Positions 33,818 through 44,367 of a stretch of 64,000 nt of DNA are shown one piece after another. The DNA is taken from the IMG/VR virus record IMGVR_UViG_3300043446_000421, positions 4,220-68,219 of that record. The stretch is one strand, 5' to 3'. Each line of letters opens with the position of its first letter. The stretch's first letter is position 1. A program made the position numbers and the translations under genes. Source of the stretch: a virus. The notes beneath the pieces were generated by a model. The model made no database searches. It saw only the letters and a program-made list of their open reading frames with translations, and was not told the origin of the DNA.

Positions 33818-36664
33818 ATGCTATCGAGGACAGACTTTTTGTCTTTAGTCTTACCACCCACAGGCTACTACTGTGTGATGGGGCTGAAGGGTAAAGACAA
33901 ACCACCAAAACAAGTATTCGTATCCTCGGTAGAAGAAATCAACAACTACGCAGATGCCTTTGTACACAGGGGGTATGATGCCTATTTCGCGTTGGCTTCT
34001 TTTACCGATGACTCTGGGCGTACCAACGCCAATGCAGAACAACTTAATTCTTTCTTTATTGATCTGGACTGCGGTCTGGGTAAGCCATACGCCGATCAGA
34101 CTGCGGGTCTGGTCGCGCTAAAAGAATTTGTCGGCAAGACTGGACTGCCAAAGCCCACGGTCATTGTGAACTCTGGGCGCGGTGTACACGCCTACTGGGT
34201 GGTTGAGCAGCCGCTGCCGAAGGCGGAGTGGAAGACGCTGGCTGAAGGTCTCAAGGCACTCTGCACTGCACAGAACCTACATGCTGATCCAGCAGTTACC
34301 GCAGACGTTGCGCGTATCCTGCGCATACCGGACACACTGAACTTCAAGGACATAGATAATCCTCAGCCGGTCAAGATATTACTCCACGGCCCACGGGTGA
34401 GCGTCGAAGCTATACGTGAAAAGATAGTTTCAGAAGAGCTTCAAATAGCGGGCGAACCGCCGTTCAAACGCACCATTGACCCGACTACGTTGGCACTGAT
34501 GGGCAACTATCAGTCGCGGTTCAAGACCATCCTGATCAAGTCGATACAGGACGAGGGCTGTGCCCAGATCAAATATATCTACGAGAATCAGGAAGAAGTT
34601 GAGGAGCCACTGTGGCGAGCCGGGCTGTCCATCGCGCAGCAGTGCGTGGATGGTGAGAAGGGTATTCATATCCTGTCCAACAAGCACCCCGGCTACGACA
34701 AGGCAACAACTATCCGTAAGGCTGCGCAGACCAAGGGACCGTATACCTGCGAGACGTTCAAGAAGCTGGCACCCAAGGCGTGTGAGAACTGCAAGCTCAA
34801 GATAACATCACCCATCCAGATCGGACGCGAGATCATTGAGCCAGACGATTCGCCCAAGACTGTCGAGGCGCTTGAGCCGATTACTGAGGAGATCAGGACG
34901 TATCAAATCCCGGCGTACCCGTTTCCGTTCTTTCGAGGGCATGTTGGGGGTATTTATCGCAGGGCAAACAAGGACGAGGAGAACGACAAGGATGAGCTTC
35001 TTTTTCCGTATGACTTCTATGTTGTGAAGCGGTTGTACGACCCAGAGGATGGTGAATGCGTGATGATGCGTCTGCATCTCCCCAAAGACGGTGTGCGTGA
35101 GTTCATCATGCCGTTGAGAGAAGTCATATCCAAGGAGAAGTTTACTGGCAAAATTGCTGAATATGGCGTTGCTGTATTAGGAAAGAAACAGGAGAAACTT
35201 ATGCACTACACAACACGGTGGGTCGAGGAATTGCAAGCGATAGGCAAGGCAGAAGTAGCACGGAAACAATTTGGCTGGTTGTCGGACGATAGCGCGTTCA
35301 TCCTTGGCGACAAAGAGATCAGGCACGATACGGTGGAGTACAGCCCACCCTCATCCGCCACGCTGCCTCTAGTACCCGCCTTCGGTGCGCGGGGTGATTT
35401 CCATGACTGGAAGAACATCATCAACCACTACGCCACACCCGGTCTGGAGATGCGAGCGTTTGCGTTCTTCATGGGTTTTGGTGGCCCTCTATTGAAGTTT
35501 ATCGGTGGTGGTTTCTTAAATGGTTTCCTGCTGAACCTGATTAGCCCGAATGGTGGCACAGGTAAATCTACACTGCTACATGCCATCAACAGTATCTACG
35601 GCAACCCGCAAGCTTTGATGATGACCTACAAGGATACGCATAACTTCAGGCTGCATCGGTTTGGGGTGCTACAAAACATCACGGCCACCATCGACGAGCT
35701 TACCAATATGAAGGCAGACATGATGTCTGACGTGGTGTACGACATTACCTCCGGTGTGGGCAAGGGCAGGATGTCTGGCAAAGCCAACGTGGAGCGCATC
35801 AATAACACTACGTGGAAACTCCCGGCAGTGTCTTCATCGAACAAAGCAATCCGCGACATCCTCCTGACCGTCAAAGGGTTCCCCGAACCGGAACTACTGC
35901 GCATACTGGAGGCTGATCTGGTCAACGATCTGAGCATGGACGCTATCCAAGCCAAGCGCCACTTCGGCAAACTGAGCAGCCACTACGGCCACGCGATTAC
36001 GCCTTACCTGCAATACACCATGACGCACCTGCCAGAGATCATGGTCAATATGGAAAAGCTGATGGAGCGCATTGACCGCGCAGCCAACATCACAGGCAAC
36101 GAGCGGTATTGGTCAGCGGCGCTGGCTGCGGGTATTGGTGGCGGCATCATCTCCAAGAAGCTGGGATTGCACGACATTCCGACTGCGCCTGTATTTGACT
36201 TTGCGATTGAGTTGGTCAAGGAGAACCGCCGCAAGAATAAAGACTCACTGTTCAGCGCAGATGACTTCATCGGCACATTCTGCCAGCAGCACCGGGAAGG
36301 AATGCTCATCGTCAACGCCAACAAAGACAAGCGCACGGGGATTGAGATGGGGGCGATACGCGAACCACGCGGTGCCTTGATTATGCGTTACGAGCCAGAC
36401 ACCGGTCTGTTGTTTATCTCAACGCGCTTCTTCCGGGAGTATTGCAACAAGCTGCACATGAACTTCGAAGCGGTCTTGGAGCCTTACAAGAAGAACAAGT
36501 CCTTCATCGACCAGCGGCGCAAGCGGATGTTTGCTGGAACTCCTTCAGACGTTGCTCTAAATGTAATGTGTTTGTGTTTTGATACCAACCGGCTGGAGAG
36601 TTTCGTTGAGAACAAAGAGGCACTCTTAAATGCTCCTCCTTTCGAATCTCTCGATCCATATTGA
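33818..36664 (+). CDS. Primase-helicase (RepB-like primase + DUF927 + P-loop)
   Basis: FIDLD, SGRGVHAYW, RILRIPDTLN primase motifs; GGTGKS and TIDELT NTPase motifs. Confidence 0.85.
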   Translation: MLSRTDFLSLVLPPTGYYCVMGLKGKDKPPKQVFVSSVEEINNYADAFVHRGYDAYFALASFTDDSGRTNANAEQLNSFFIDLDCGLGKPYADQTAGLVALKEFVGKTGLPKPTVIVNSGRGVHAYWVVEQPLPKAEWKTLAEGLKALCTAQNLHADPAVTADVARILRIPDTLNFKDIDNPQPVKILLHGPRVSVEAIREKIVSEELQIAGEPPFKRTIDPTTLALMGNYQSRFKTILIKSIQDEGCAQIKYIYENQEEVEEPLWRAGLSIAQQCVDGEKGIHILSNKHPGYDKATTIRKAAQTKGPYTCETFKKLAPKACENCKLKITSPIQIGREIIEPDDSPKTVEALEPITEEIRTYQIPAYPFPFFRGHVGGIYRRANKDEENDKDELLFPYDFYVVKRLYDPEDGECVMMRLHLPKDGVREFIMPLREVISKEKFTGKIAEYGVAVLGKKQEKLMHYTTRWVEELQAIGKAEVARKQFGWLSDDSAFILGDKEIRHDTVEYSPPSSATLPLVPAFGARGDFHDWKNIINHYATPGLEMRAFAFFMGFGGPLLKFIGGGFLNGFLLNLISPNGGTGKSTLLHAINSIYGNPQALMMTYKDTHNFRLHRFGVLQNITATIDELTNMKADMMSDVVYDITSGVGKGRMSGKANVERINNTTWKLPAVSSSNKAIRDILLTVKGFPEPELLRILEADLVNDLSMDAIQAKRHFGKLSSHYGHAITPYLQYTMTHLPEIMVNMEKLMERIDRAANITGNERYWSAALAAGIGGGIISKKLGLHDIPTAPVFDFAIELVKENRRKNKDSLFSADDFIGTFCQQHREGMLIVNANKDKRTGIEMGAIREPRGALIMRYEPDTGLLFISTRFFREYCNKLHMNFEAVLEPYKKNKSFIDQRRKRMFAGTPSDVALNVMCLCFDTNRLESFVENKEALLNAPPFESLDPY

Positions 36665-36830
36665 GTGGGAGAAGTTCAAGCCGGGCACCTCATTCTTCAT
36701 CCCGTGCTTGAACCGCAAAGAGGTCGAGGACTACGTGCAGAAAGAAGCCAACCGCTTACGAATCCCAGTCGTGTGTAAAGCTGTTGTGGAAAGAGGAAAG
36801 TACGGCTTGCGAGTCTGGAGAACGGCGTGA
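36630..36830 (+). CDS. Small hypothetical protein
   Basis: WEKFKPGTSFFIPC...GLRVWR. Confidence 0.65.
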   Translation: MLLLSNLSIHIEWEKFKPGTSFFIPCLNRKEVEDYVQKEANRLRIPVVCKAVVERGKYGLRVWRTA

Positions 36831-36876
36831 TATATTCGCGCCGTAACTCCTCGCTTCTCCAAGGGCAATGAGGTTT

Positions 36877-36903
36877 GCCCCCGCCCCGTGCGGGGGTATT
36901 TTT
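36877..36903 (+). terminator. Intrinsic terminator between the convergent arms
   Basis: GCCCCCGC-CCCGT-GCGGGGGT-ATTTTT. Confidence 0.7.
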
Positions 36904-39900
36904 ACAGCCCCGCCATCCCTCGCAGCTTCGGTAAGTTGTACGCCATCAGAAGTTCTTTCTCCTGCCGTAAAATCTCATCCGTCTTTTCACGCTTCAAATC
37001 TGGTGGTATCTGCGGATCGTTTGCAATAATGCTTCGGTACTTACGCAGAGCGGATAGTTGCTGCTCGGCTTTGTGCACCACACCTTTCATAGCGTAGAGC
37101 TTCATCTTGTCTTCGGTCAGGTACTCCTGCAACTCCTGTACCCGGCCTTCGCGCTTAAACATATTGACGGTATCCACCACTTGATCGACAGACTCACGGA
37201 AGTCGTAGAACTCTGACTTGTACCCACGGCCTGTGGTGTCGTACATGAATGTGCTTAACTGCGGCAGTTTAGATACCGGCTTGCCCATCCGGTTAGGGTT
37301 GGCTACCGCATCCGTCGCATCCAGCACAAACGCACCCAGCATACCGGTGTAGCCACGGATCAGATAGTCAGCTTTCATTGGCGAGATACCCACCAGCCCA
37401 AACAATTTGGCAAGCTCAGACGTGCCTTCGGTAAACTGCAACGAGGGGTCGAGGTTCTTCATACCCATCCCGACAATTGGATTGCCAGTAAAGAATGAGT
37501 AGTTGACGGCCACTTCCAATGCAGGTTTGACAAGCTGCGGGGTCAGATTCATGCCGCTGTACGCAGTGATGAACGCATCTCTAAAGCCCTTGTAGAACGC
37601 CGTTTCATCCTGCGGACGATCCGTACCTTGGCTGACTACATAACGCACGATGCGCTCTGGGATGACCTTGAACATAAAGCCAACTTCTGGAGCGACAGGG
37701 ATCTTTAGACCTGTGCCGGGGATGATGTAGTTCTTGTCCCGCTCATAATCCTCCAGCCCTTTGTAATCGTCATCGTCCCCTACCAACATAGCGTAGATCG
37801 CAGACATGGCTGCAATCTTGAGACCAGTTGCTAAGAAGAGTTTCTGCGCGGTGCGCTTGTCTTCCATCGACACGCCTTTGCCACGCATAGTGCGGTACAG
37901 CACATCCATACCTTGTATGTACGCGTTTAGGAACGGCACCATGTGGCGTAGTGTACCGATGACGGTGCTATTACCGCCATGCTTAAAGTTGATGTACTCC
38001 TTGGCACGGTACAGCGCCAACCTGCGGTCGCCTTCCGGCATCTCAGGAGACTTAGTTTCGTTGATAGTCTGCTCATAAATTGCAGCACGGACAGCCAAGT
38101 CAGCAGCCAGCGAGAATTTCTCCAGCTTGTCCCAAGCCTTCTTGAACGCGCCGCGCTCTTCCAACCCATACTTGATGCGAGCACGTTCCATAGCTTGTTG
38201 TGGCATACCGTCATACACACCGGACACACCGATTCTTGCAAGCTCAAGCGGGATGCCCTCACCGGCCATAGCGTGAATAAAGTTCTTGGCAACCTTGGCT
38301 GGCAAACTGAATGGCTGTTTCACACCCGACAGGAGCATCGCACGGTAGGTACCGTCCTGAATCAACTGACTGACAGCAAACGCTGGCATGTGGGTCACGA
38401 AGCTACGCAAGGTGCTTTGGGCGAAGCTAAACGCCTTCAGGATCGGACCCAGCGCCACGATATTGGAAGCAAACGCGCTTCTATCCAAGGCGCTACCCAG
38501 TAGGTAAGCAGTACGCTCGCCGTCCTTGTAGGTAAAGATCAGCCTGTCTTTATTGAACTTCTGTGCGTAGTCAATCGCATCTTGGGTCTTCAGTTCAAAC
38601 GCATCAGGCAAACTCTCAACCATACGGCGCGAAGCATACGCATTCATGCCGGTCTTAACCGCCCAGCTAGTCAGGCCAATCATGTTGTCAAACACGTTGG
38701 CGATTTCTTTGCTGCTACCTTGACGATCTAGAATAGGCAGTTTGGCAATACTGATTACCCCGCCCTTGAAGGACGCTGGGTTCTCGTCAAACAGGTTGGT
38801 CTCTTCTTCTACCCGTGTCCAAGGCACATAACCTGCTGCCTCTTTCCAGTCGTTGGCTTTGGCTTGGCTGATACGGCCAGTCTGCACCAAGAAGTCGATC
38901 AGCCCATTCTTGTATTCCGTAAAGACATCGAAAGCTTGCTTGAGTTCAGGAAACTTCTCCATGGCCTCAGTACCAGCAGCAATCTCTTCGTCAGTTACGT
39001 GGTGGGTAATCAGCATGTCGGTAAGTTTCTTCACCGCTGCCTTATTCCCTTTTTTCTCCGCTGCTACGATATCTCTGGCGATCTTCTCGTTGTGTACGTT
39101 GATCTCTTTGGCACGTTGCGCAATGAACGCGTTATGCCCCAACTTCAGCGCAGTCTGGAGCGAGCCTAGACGGTCACCCAGCTTGGTCATGATGTCGAAG
39201 ACCCCAGCCATGGTTGCTTTGCGGTCAACGATCTCAGCCAGACCATCCTTGTTTATCTCGATACCGCCGTGCTCCATGGCACCTTCAGCCAGTGCGGCGT
39301 GGTCCTGTGCTTGGGCTTGTGCGAGGTCACCGCGAATATCACCTAACGAGTCAACAAGTGTATTGTTGAAGTTGGTCTGCATCTTTTCCACTGCTGTAGC
39401 ACGAGCATCAACAAGCTCGCGGCGAATTACGGCCTCAAGTGACGGCCCACCTTCTGGCCGCTGCACGACACCAATCATCTTTTTCAGGATAGAGTCAGGG
39501 TCGCTTTCAGTAGGATTACCAGCACCCTTCATGCGCTCATTCAACTCCTCTGCTTCCTTACCTTCGGGAGTCAGTTCTTCCTTGCGGGTGCGGTACAGGA
39601 TGCGCTTGTCAGCAGGATCGTAGGTACCCTTGTTAAAGATAGACTTTATCTGGCTGCTATCATAGACGGCGAGGTTCTTGCGCCCACCTTCTTGCACATA
39701 GAAACCGTCAAAGCCAGCAAATCTAATGGCTTCCTGAACTGAGGCGCTTTCAATTGCCTCCCATTCCCCATGCATAACATCATTCATGAGGTCTTCATCA
39801 TCTAAAATATCAAACAGCTTATTTAAATGGCTGCGTTTCTGGAAGTCAAACGGGTTCTGTGCGCTGACATAAACCGGCATGATGTTGGCACGGGAAGGAA

Positions 39901-42900
39901 GCCGTTCTCTCATTAATTGCATCATTTCATCGCGCACGTCGGTGCCATTACGCTCGGCAACTGCTTCTGCTTTCGCTTTAAACCCAGCCATCTCTCGGGG
40001 GGTAAAGAATTCCTCTGCATGGGTAACCATATAGTTTTCTGATGAATCAGAAAAACTCTCAGCAAACCGAGGGTCGTCAGTCAGGAAAATAGCACCCGCT
40101 TGTTTTGGTTTGAACTCTTCAATGTCACGGGCTGTACCGTGGTACATAACTTTAGGTGTGCCGTTTGCGTTACGCACGACGGAGTTGCCGAACCACCGAT
40201 CAAACGCGCCCTCTCTGTACAGTGGCTTGTTGCCAAAGGCTTCTTCACCCGCACGGAACTTACCGCCATGCACAAAGCGGTTGGCGTTTGCCAGCAGAGC
40301 ACGGACTTCGTTGTCAGTCACGCTATTGAACGGGATGCCCATCTTGCGCAGCCACTGACGGATTGCGTTCATTACTCGCTGTACGGCGCTATTGCTGACG
40401 TTCTTCTCGGCCATCTCAGCCAAAACTTCTTCTACGGCGGTGCGCTGGTCCAGCTTAAACTTGCTGGCTTGCATCTTTTGGTCAGCGGCTGCGCGTACTT
40501 TGGCGTTGCCGTTGTAGATGTCGTCCATCATCTTGCCGTAGGTGTGGCCTAGTATGGACTGCAAACCGTAGTGACCCAGCGTCTCGTGGGCTAGGGTAAG
40601 CGCGGCATCGGCACGGTTCTTGATGTTGTCGGCAATCAGGTAAACAACTTTGGTGTTAGGGTCGTACAAACCCGGCGCATCGAACGCGTTGTCACGCACC
40701 ATCTGCTGGTAGAGCGCCTGTGGGAGTTCCTGAATATCCTGCACCACTTCCATCTTGGGTGCGTTTTCCCACTTCTGAGATATATCATCAACAACGGCCT
40801 GAACTTGCTCCTTGCTCATGCCCTCGCCCGGAGCTACACCTTCTTCACGCTCGCGGTATAGGCCACGCTTAGTTGGCTCAACCCCTTCCACACCTTCTTC
40901 TTTACGTGCAACCATCTGCGTCTTAGCAGCGGCAGCGGATGGGGTGCCGGGTACGGTCTTGGTAACTTTTTGTGTTACAGGTTCAGCACGTTGGCGAGTA
41001 ATATCCCCCGCATCTACGGCCTTACCATTAATGAAATCCATCGTTGCATCTGGATTGTCGGGCACCACAAACATCTTTGCGCCGTCCATCTGGTTCTCAT
41101 ACTTGCTAACCAACGTGCCGAAGGATTCTTTATCTACGTTGATACAACCAAATGAATATCGAGAATCCTCTGCGCCTTCTTTTTTCAGTGCAGCCAGCCG
41201 CTGTTTCGCATCTTTCTCGTGCGTCCATACGGAATGGAATAATGTGACGGAGTACTTTCCCTCAATTGCCTTATCCAGCACAAATACTTTACCGAAGTCA
41301 TAGTGCCCAGCAGTAACGGCTTCTCCACCACCTCGCGCAGCATTACGCAATCCGAGCGTAAACAAACCAGCAGGGGTAATACGGTTCGATACGATATCCG
41401 TATTACCTTTATAGAAGTCCCCCATCGTTTTACCGACAAGAACTTTCTTATCCAGTATCGGTTTACCGTTTGCGTCGAAGATGAACACTCGTGCATTAGG
41501 TTTATCGGTCAATACAAAGAACTTATTCTTTGCTTTCAACTCGGCTTGGATAGCAGGGAAGATATTCGCAAACGCCATCTGAGCGGAAGGCGACATGTTC
41601 TTGGCAACTTCTGCCGGTACTACTGCCCTTACCTGCTCCATCGTAGTAACCGTTTGTGGGATTGCTACTGGAACGGGGGCGCTCATGTAGTTCGGGTTCA
41701 AAATAACAGCAGCGGCCAACACCGCAGATTGCAGCTTGCGGATGATATTACGGATGGCTTTGTCAACTGCTTGTGCGCCCTTGGTAGCAAAGTCGGAAAT
41801 GTCTTTGCGGAGTTTTTCAAGGAACGCTGGGCTGTTTACTGGTTCGCCGTAGTGCTCGGCAAGCTTCTGCTGCTCAGGCGACGAGAGTTGCAACACAGCA
41901 GGGGCAACAGTCTCTTCATCAATAACTCGGAATTGCCCATCGATAATATTACTTAGATCTTGCAGGGATACTGAATCGTCGTAAGGGTCAGCTACGTTAC
42001 GAACAAAATCCACCGCATCTGCACGTGAGTAGCCATTGAACACCATGCGTGATACGGCATCTTTGGCGCTGATACGGCCTTCGGTTACTGCGGGTACGCC
42101 AGCAGCTTCAGGAGCAGTCGGTGCTTGTACTTGCGGGGCAGCGGTAGGCGGTACAGGAAATGGTACGCCCGGAGCAGCAGCTTGTTGAGCAGGAGCTTCA
42201 CTTGTCGGTACCGTTAATGCAGTTGATTGTACTGGCGCTCCAACATCAGGTTCTCCAGCAGGTGCTGGAGCAGTTCCCAATCCAGTGGGGAGAGGTGGCG
42301 CAAATCCTCCGGGGGCTGCGGCTCCCCGTTGGTCAGCCATAGCAACGCCTGACTGATCTGGTTCCACGATAGGTTCTGTAGGTTCGACAACGGGTGGCTC
42401 ACTTATTGCCTCCTTTGCTTTTTTGGCGCGGGGTTTCCGTGGTTGGCGCAGATCAAGCTCACCCTGCTCCATAAAGGTCGGGCTGCTCAGGAAACCGTTT
42501 ACACCCTCAATGATCTTGGCGCTGCGGTTGGGGTCGTTCGCAAAGTCGGTCAATACTTCACGCACCTCGGCACGTTGCTTCGGATCAGCCAAGTCTTTAC
42601 CCAGCAGGGCTTCACGCAACTTCTTGTTGGTTCTGCCAATACCCATCGCCTTGAAGTCATTCTCAGTGACGGGACGTGTCTCAACCGCCGGAGCAGCTTC
42701 AACGGCGGGGGGTTGCAAATACTGTGGGCCAAGGCGGAAGTCTGGTCGTTCCTCTGGTAATACAAATTGCGGGGTTGGCTGGGCTTCCAACAATGCGCGT
42801 TGCTCCCGCTCATCCATACGCAGGAAGGCCATGTCAGCCGGGGTCACCATCTCACCTGCGGTCATGCGGGCCTCAATGGCCCGAACGCGTTCTTGCCTAA

Positions 42901-44359
42901 ACAACTCTGCCTGTTCAGGGGTCATCGCAGCAGGAGCGGGCGCAGTCTCTTCGCCTAGTACAACACCTTCACCCGTCTGTTGGCGGGGCATAGCAGGGGC
43001 TTCAAAGTCCAGACCCATCTGGCCTTCTTCAGGGGCAGCACCCGCACGTTCCGCGCCTTCCAACTTCTTGGACAGCCCTTTAATCTGCTTTTCAAGATCA
43101 GCACGGGCGGCGTTGAGTTGGTTTGCCTGTTCAAGGAGGGCGGTCTTCTGCTCAGTTGTGGTACCGGGCGCTTCGTACTGCGCCTTTAATCTATCTACCT
43201 CGCGCATCAGCACATCATGCTGGTCACGCAGTTCGGTGATTTGGAACAACTTGTTCTGGCGCTCGCCTTCTTTCTCTTCGGCTTCCCGCGCTGGAGTGGG
43301 GGGTAGTTGGAATCCTTCAGTAGATTCACCAAACAGATCCTGCTGCACACCCGCTTGTTTGCTATACACACCGGCTTTACGTTTTTCTTCAACAGCGGCG
43401 GCAGCGTCTTTCTTTAACAAGTTCTCGTACTGGCCTTGCTGGCTGGAGCGTTCCAACGCAGTGCCGGGAACAGCAAGGGTGCCACCAAGAACAGCACCGC
43501 CAATAAAGCTGTCAAAGTATTCTTTTCTGGCTTCGGGGTCAGTGATATTTAGACCGGCTTGAGCACGTTCCAGTACCTGTTGCCCAGTTTCTGTAAGACC
43601 TTCTACCCCCGCTGTTTGCAGCGTCTTGGTGCCGTAGGAGAGCACCTTACCTGCCAGCGTCTCCGTCATGCGGGCCTTCATGACCTCACGAAGCTGGTCA
43701 TCGGACATCTTTACACCGGCTTCTCCAAAAACTTTACGGAGTCCGGGTATGAAACGGAAGCCCACTGTGTCCAGTGCAGCTTGGAAAGGCGCGGCGGAGG
43801 CGGCACTAGCAAGATCAAGATCCTTGGCTGACTTACCCTCCTGCATCTGGCGCGATAGGTTGGAGCCGAAGAATTGGATACCGCTGGTAGCGGTTGCCGC
43901 AAGATCAGCACCGGTCAAAGCAACACGGCCTACAGTAGCCAGAGCGGCGGTCTCTGGGGCAAGTGCAGCGGCAGCTATCGGAGCCACCATATAAGGCACA
44001 GATCTACCAAGGAGGGACGTGACGTACTCCACAGGAGCTTCAGAGAACTCCGGTATTTTGGCTTTTTCCGCAGCGATTTGCTGCTGCTTTTTAGAGTATT
44101 CTTCTGCTCCCGGAACACCGAACCCAGCACCGATAGCACCAATGTCACCCTTCAGGCTTTCATAACCAGCACCGAGGTTGGCAAAGAAGCCTGTCTTAGG
44201 ACCTTGGGCAGGACCCATAAGATGGCGAACGAGTTCTGAGTCGGAGTAACCATCTTTTCTAGCAGTATTTACATCAAACTTTTTTTGCTGTCCAAGATAG
44301 TCCACAATAGACGATAAGGAATGCCCATCGCGAAGCGCGGCCTCAACATTAAACGGCAT
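36902..44359 (-). CDS. Giant polyvalent ejection protein (L,D-transpeptidase-like, metallopeptidase, ART-like and LPD38-like domains)
   Basis: 2485 aa; ITPAG...LFHSVW...RYSFGCINV; AHETLGHYGL; MYHGT...IMPVYV..NP...GFDG...QIKS; C-terminal PFLNAYIQG...KPALEVAVNYSFFTG. Confidence 0.75.
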   Translation of the reverse strand: MPFNVEAALRDGHSLSSIVDYLGQQKKFDVNTARKDGYSDSELVRHLMGPAQGPKTGFFANLGAGYESLKGDIGAIGAGFGVPGAEEYSKKQQQIAAEKAKIPEFSEAPVEYVTSLLGRSVPYMVAPIAAAALAPETAALATVGRVALTGADLAATATSGIQFFGSNLSRQMQEGKSAKDLDLASAASAAPFQAALDTVGFRFIPGLRKVFGEAGVKMSDDQLREVMKARMTETLAGKVLSYGTKTLQTAGVEGLTETGQQVLERAQAGLNITDPEARKEYFDSFIGGAVLGGTLAVPGTALERSSQQGQYENLLKKDAAAAVEEKRKAGVYSKQAGVQQDLFGESTEGFQLPPTPAREAEEKEGERQNKLFQITELRDQHDVLMREVDRLKAQYEAPGTTTEQKTALLEQANQLNAARADLEKQIKGLSKKLEGAERAGAAPEEGQMGLDFEAPAMPRQQTGEGVVLGEETAPAPAAMTPEQAELFRQERVRAIEARMTAGEMVTPADMAFLRMDEREQRALLEAQPTPQFVLPEERPDFRLGPQYLQPPAVEAAPAVETRPVTENDFKAMGIGRTNKKLREALLGKDLADPKQRAEVREVLTDFANDPNRSAKIIEGVNGFLSSPTFMEQGELDLRQPRKPRAKKAKEAISEPPVVEPTEPIVEPDQSGVAMADQRGAAAPGGFAPPLPTGLGTAPAPAGEPDVGAPVQSTALTVPTSEAPAQQAAAPGVPFPVPPTAAPQVQAPTAPEAAGVPAVTEGRISAKDAVSRMVFNGYSRADAVDFVRNVADPYDDSVSLQDLSNIIDGQFRVIDEETVAPAVLQLSSPEQQKLAEHYGEPVNSPAFLEKLRKDISDFATKGAQAVDKAIRNIIRKLQSAVLAAAVILNPNYMSAPVPVAIPQTVTTMEQVRAVVPAEVAKNMSPSAQMAFANIFPAIQAELKAKNKFFVLTDKPNARVFIFDANGKPILDKKVLVGKTMGDFYKGNTDIVSNRITPAGLFTLGLRNAARGGGEAVTAGHYDFGKVFVLDKAIEGKYSVTLFHSVWTHEKDAKQRLAALKKEGAEDSRYSFGCINVDKESFGTLVSKYENQMDGAKMFVVPDNPDATMDFINGKAVDAGDITRQRAEPVTQKVTKTVPGTPSAAAAKTQMVARKEEGVEGVEPTKRGLYREREEGVAPGEGMSKEQVQAVVDDISQKWENAPKMEVVQDIQELPQALYQQMVRDNAFDAPGLYDPNTKVVYLIADNIKNRADAALTLAHETLGHYGLQSILGHTYGKMMDDIYNGNAKVRAAADQKMQASKFKLDQRTAVEEVLAEMAEKNVSNSAVQRVMNAIRQWLRKMGIPFNSVTDNEVRALLANANRFVHGGKFRAGEEAFGNKPLYREGAFDRWFGNSVVRNANGTPKVMYHGTARDIEEFKPKQAGAIFLTDDPRFAESFSDSSENYMVTHAEEFFTPREMAGFKAKAEAVAERNGTDVRDEMMQLMRERLPSRANIMPVYVSAQNPFDFQKRSHLNKLFDILDDEDLMNDVMHGEWEAIESASVQEAIRFAGFDGFYVQEGGRKNLAVYDSSQIKSIFNKGTYDPADKRILYRTRKEELTPEGKEAEELNERMKGAGNPTESDPDSILKKMIGVVQRPEGGPSLEAVIRRELVDARATAVEKMQTNFNNTLVDSLGDIRGDLAQAQAQDHAALAEGAMEHGGIEINKDGLAEIVDRKATMAGVFDIMTKLGDRLGSLQTALKLGHNAFIAQRAKEINVHNEKIARDIVAAEKKGNKAAVKKLTDMLITHHVTDEEIAAGTEAMEKFPELKQAFDVFTEYKNGLIDFLVQTGRISQAKANDWKEAAGYVPWTRVEEETNLFDENPASFKGGVISIAKLPILDRQGSSKEIANVFDNMIGLTSWAVKTGMNAYASRRMVESLPDAFELKTQDAIDYAQKFNKDRLIFTYKDGERTAYLLGSALDRSAFASNIVALGPILKAFSFAQSTLRSFVTHMPAFAVSQLIQDGTYRAMLLSGVKQPFSLPAKVAKNFIHAMAGEGIPLELARIGVSGVYDGMPQQAMERARIKYGLEERGAFKKAWDKLEKFSLAADLAVRAAIYEQTINETKSPEMPEGDRRLALYRAKEYINFKHGGNSTVIGTLRHMVPFLNAYIQGMDVLYRTMRGKGVSMEDKRTAQKLFLATGLKIAAMSAIYAMLVGDDDDYKGLEDYERDKNYIIPGTGLKIPVAPEVGFMFKVIPERIVRYVVSQGTDRPQDETAFYKGFRDAFITAYSGMNLTPQLVKPALEVAVNYSFFTGNPIVGMGMKNLDPSLQFTEGTSELAKLFGLVGISPMKADYLIRGYTGMLGAFVLDATDAVANPNRMGKPVSKLPQLSTFMYDTTGRGYKSEFYDFRESVDQVVDTVNMFKREGRVQELQEYLTEDKMKLYAMKGVVHKAEQQLSALRKYRSIIANDPQIPPDLKREKTDEILRQEKELLMAYNLPKLRGMAGL

Positions 44360-44367
44360 ATTGTCAC

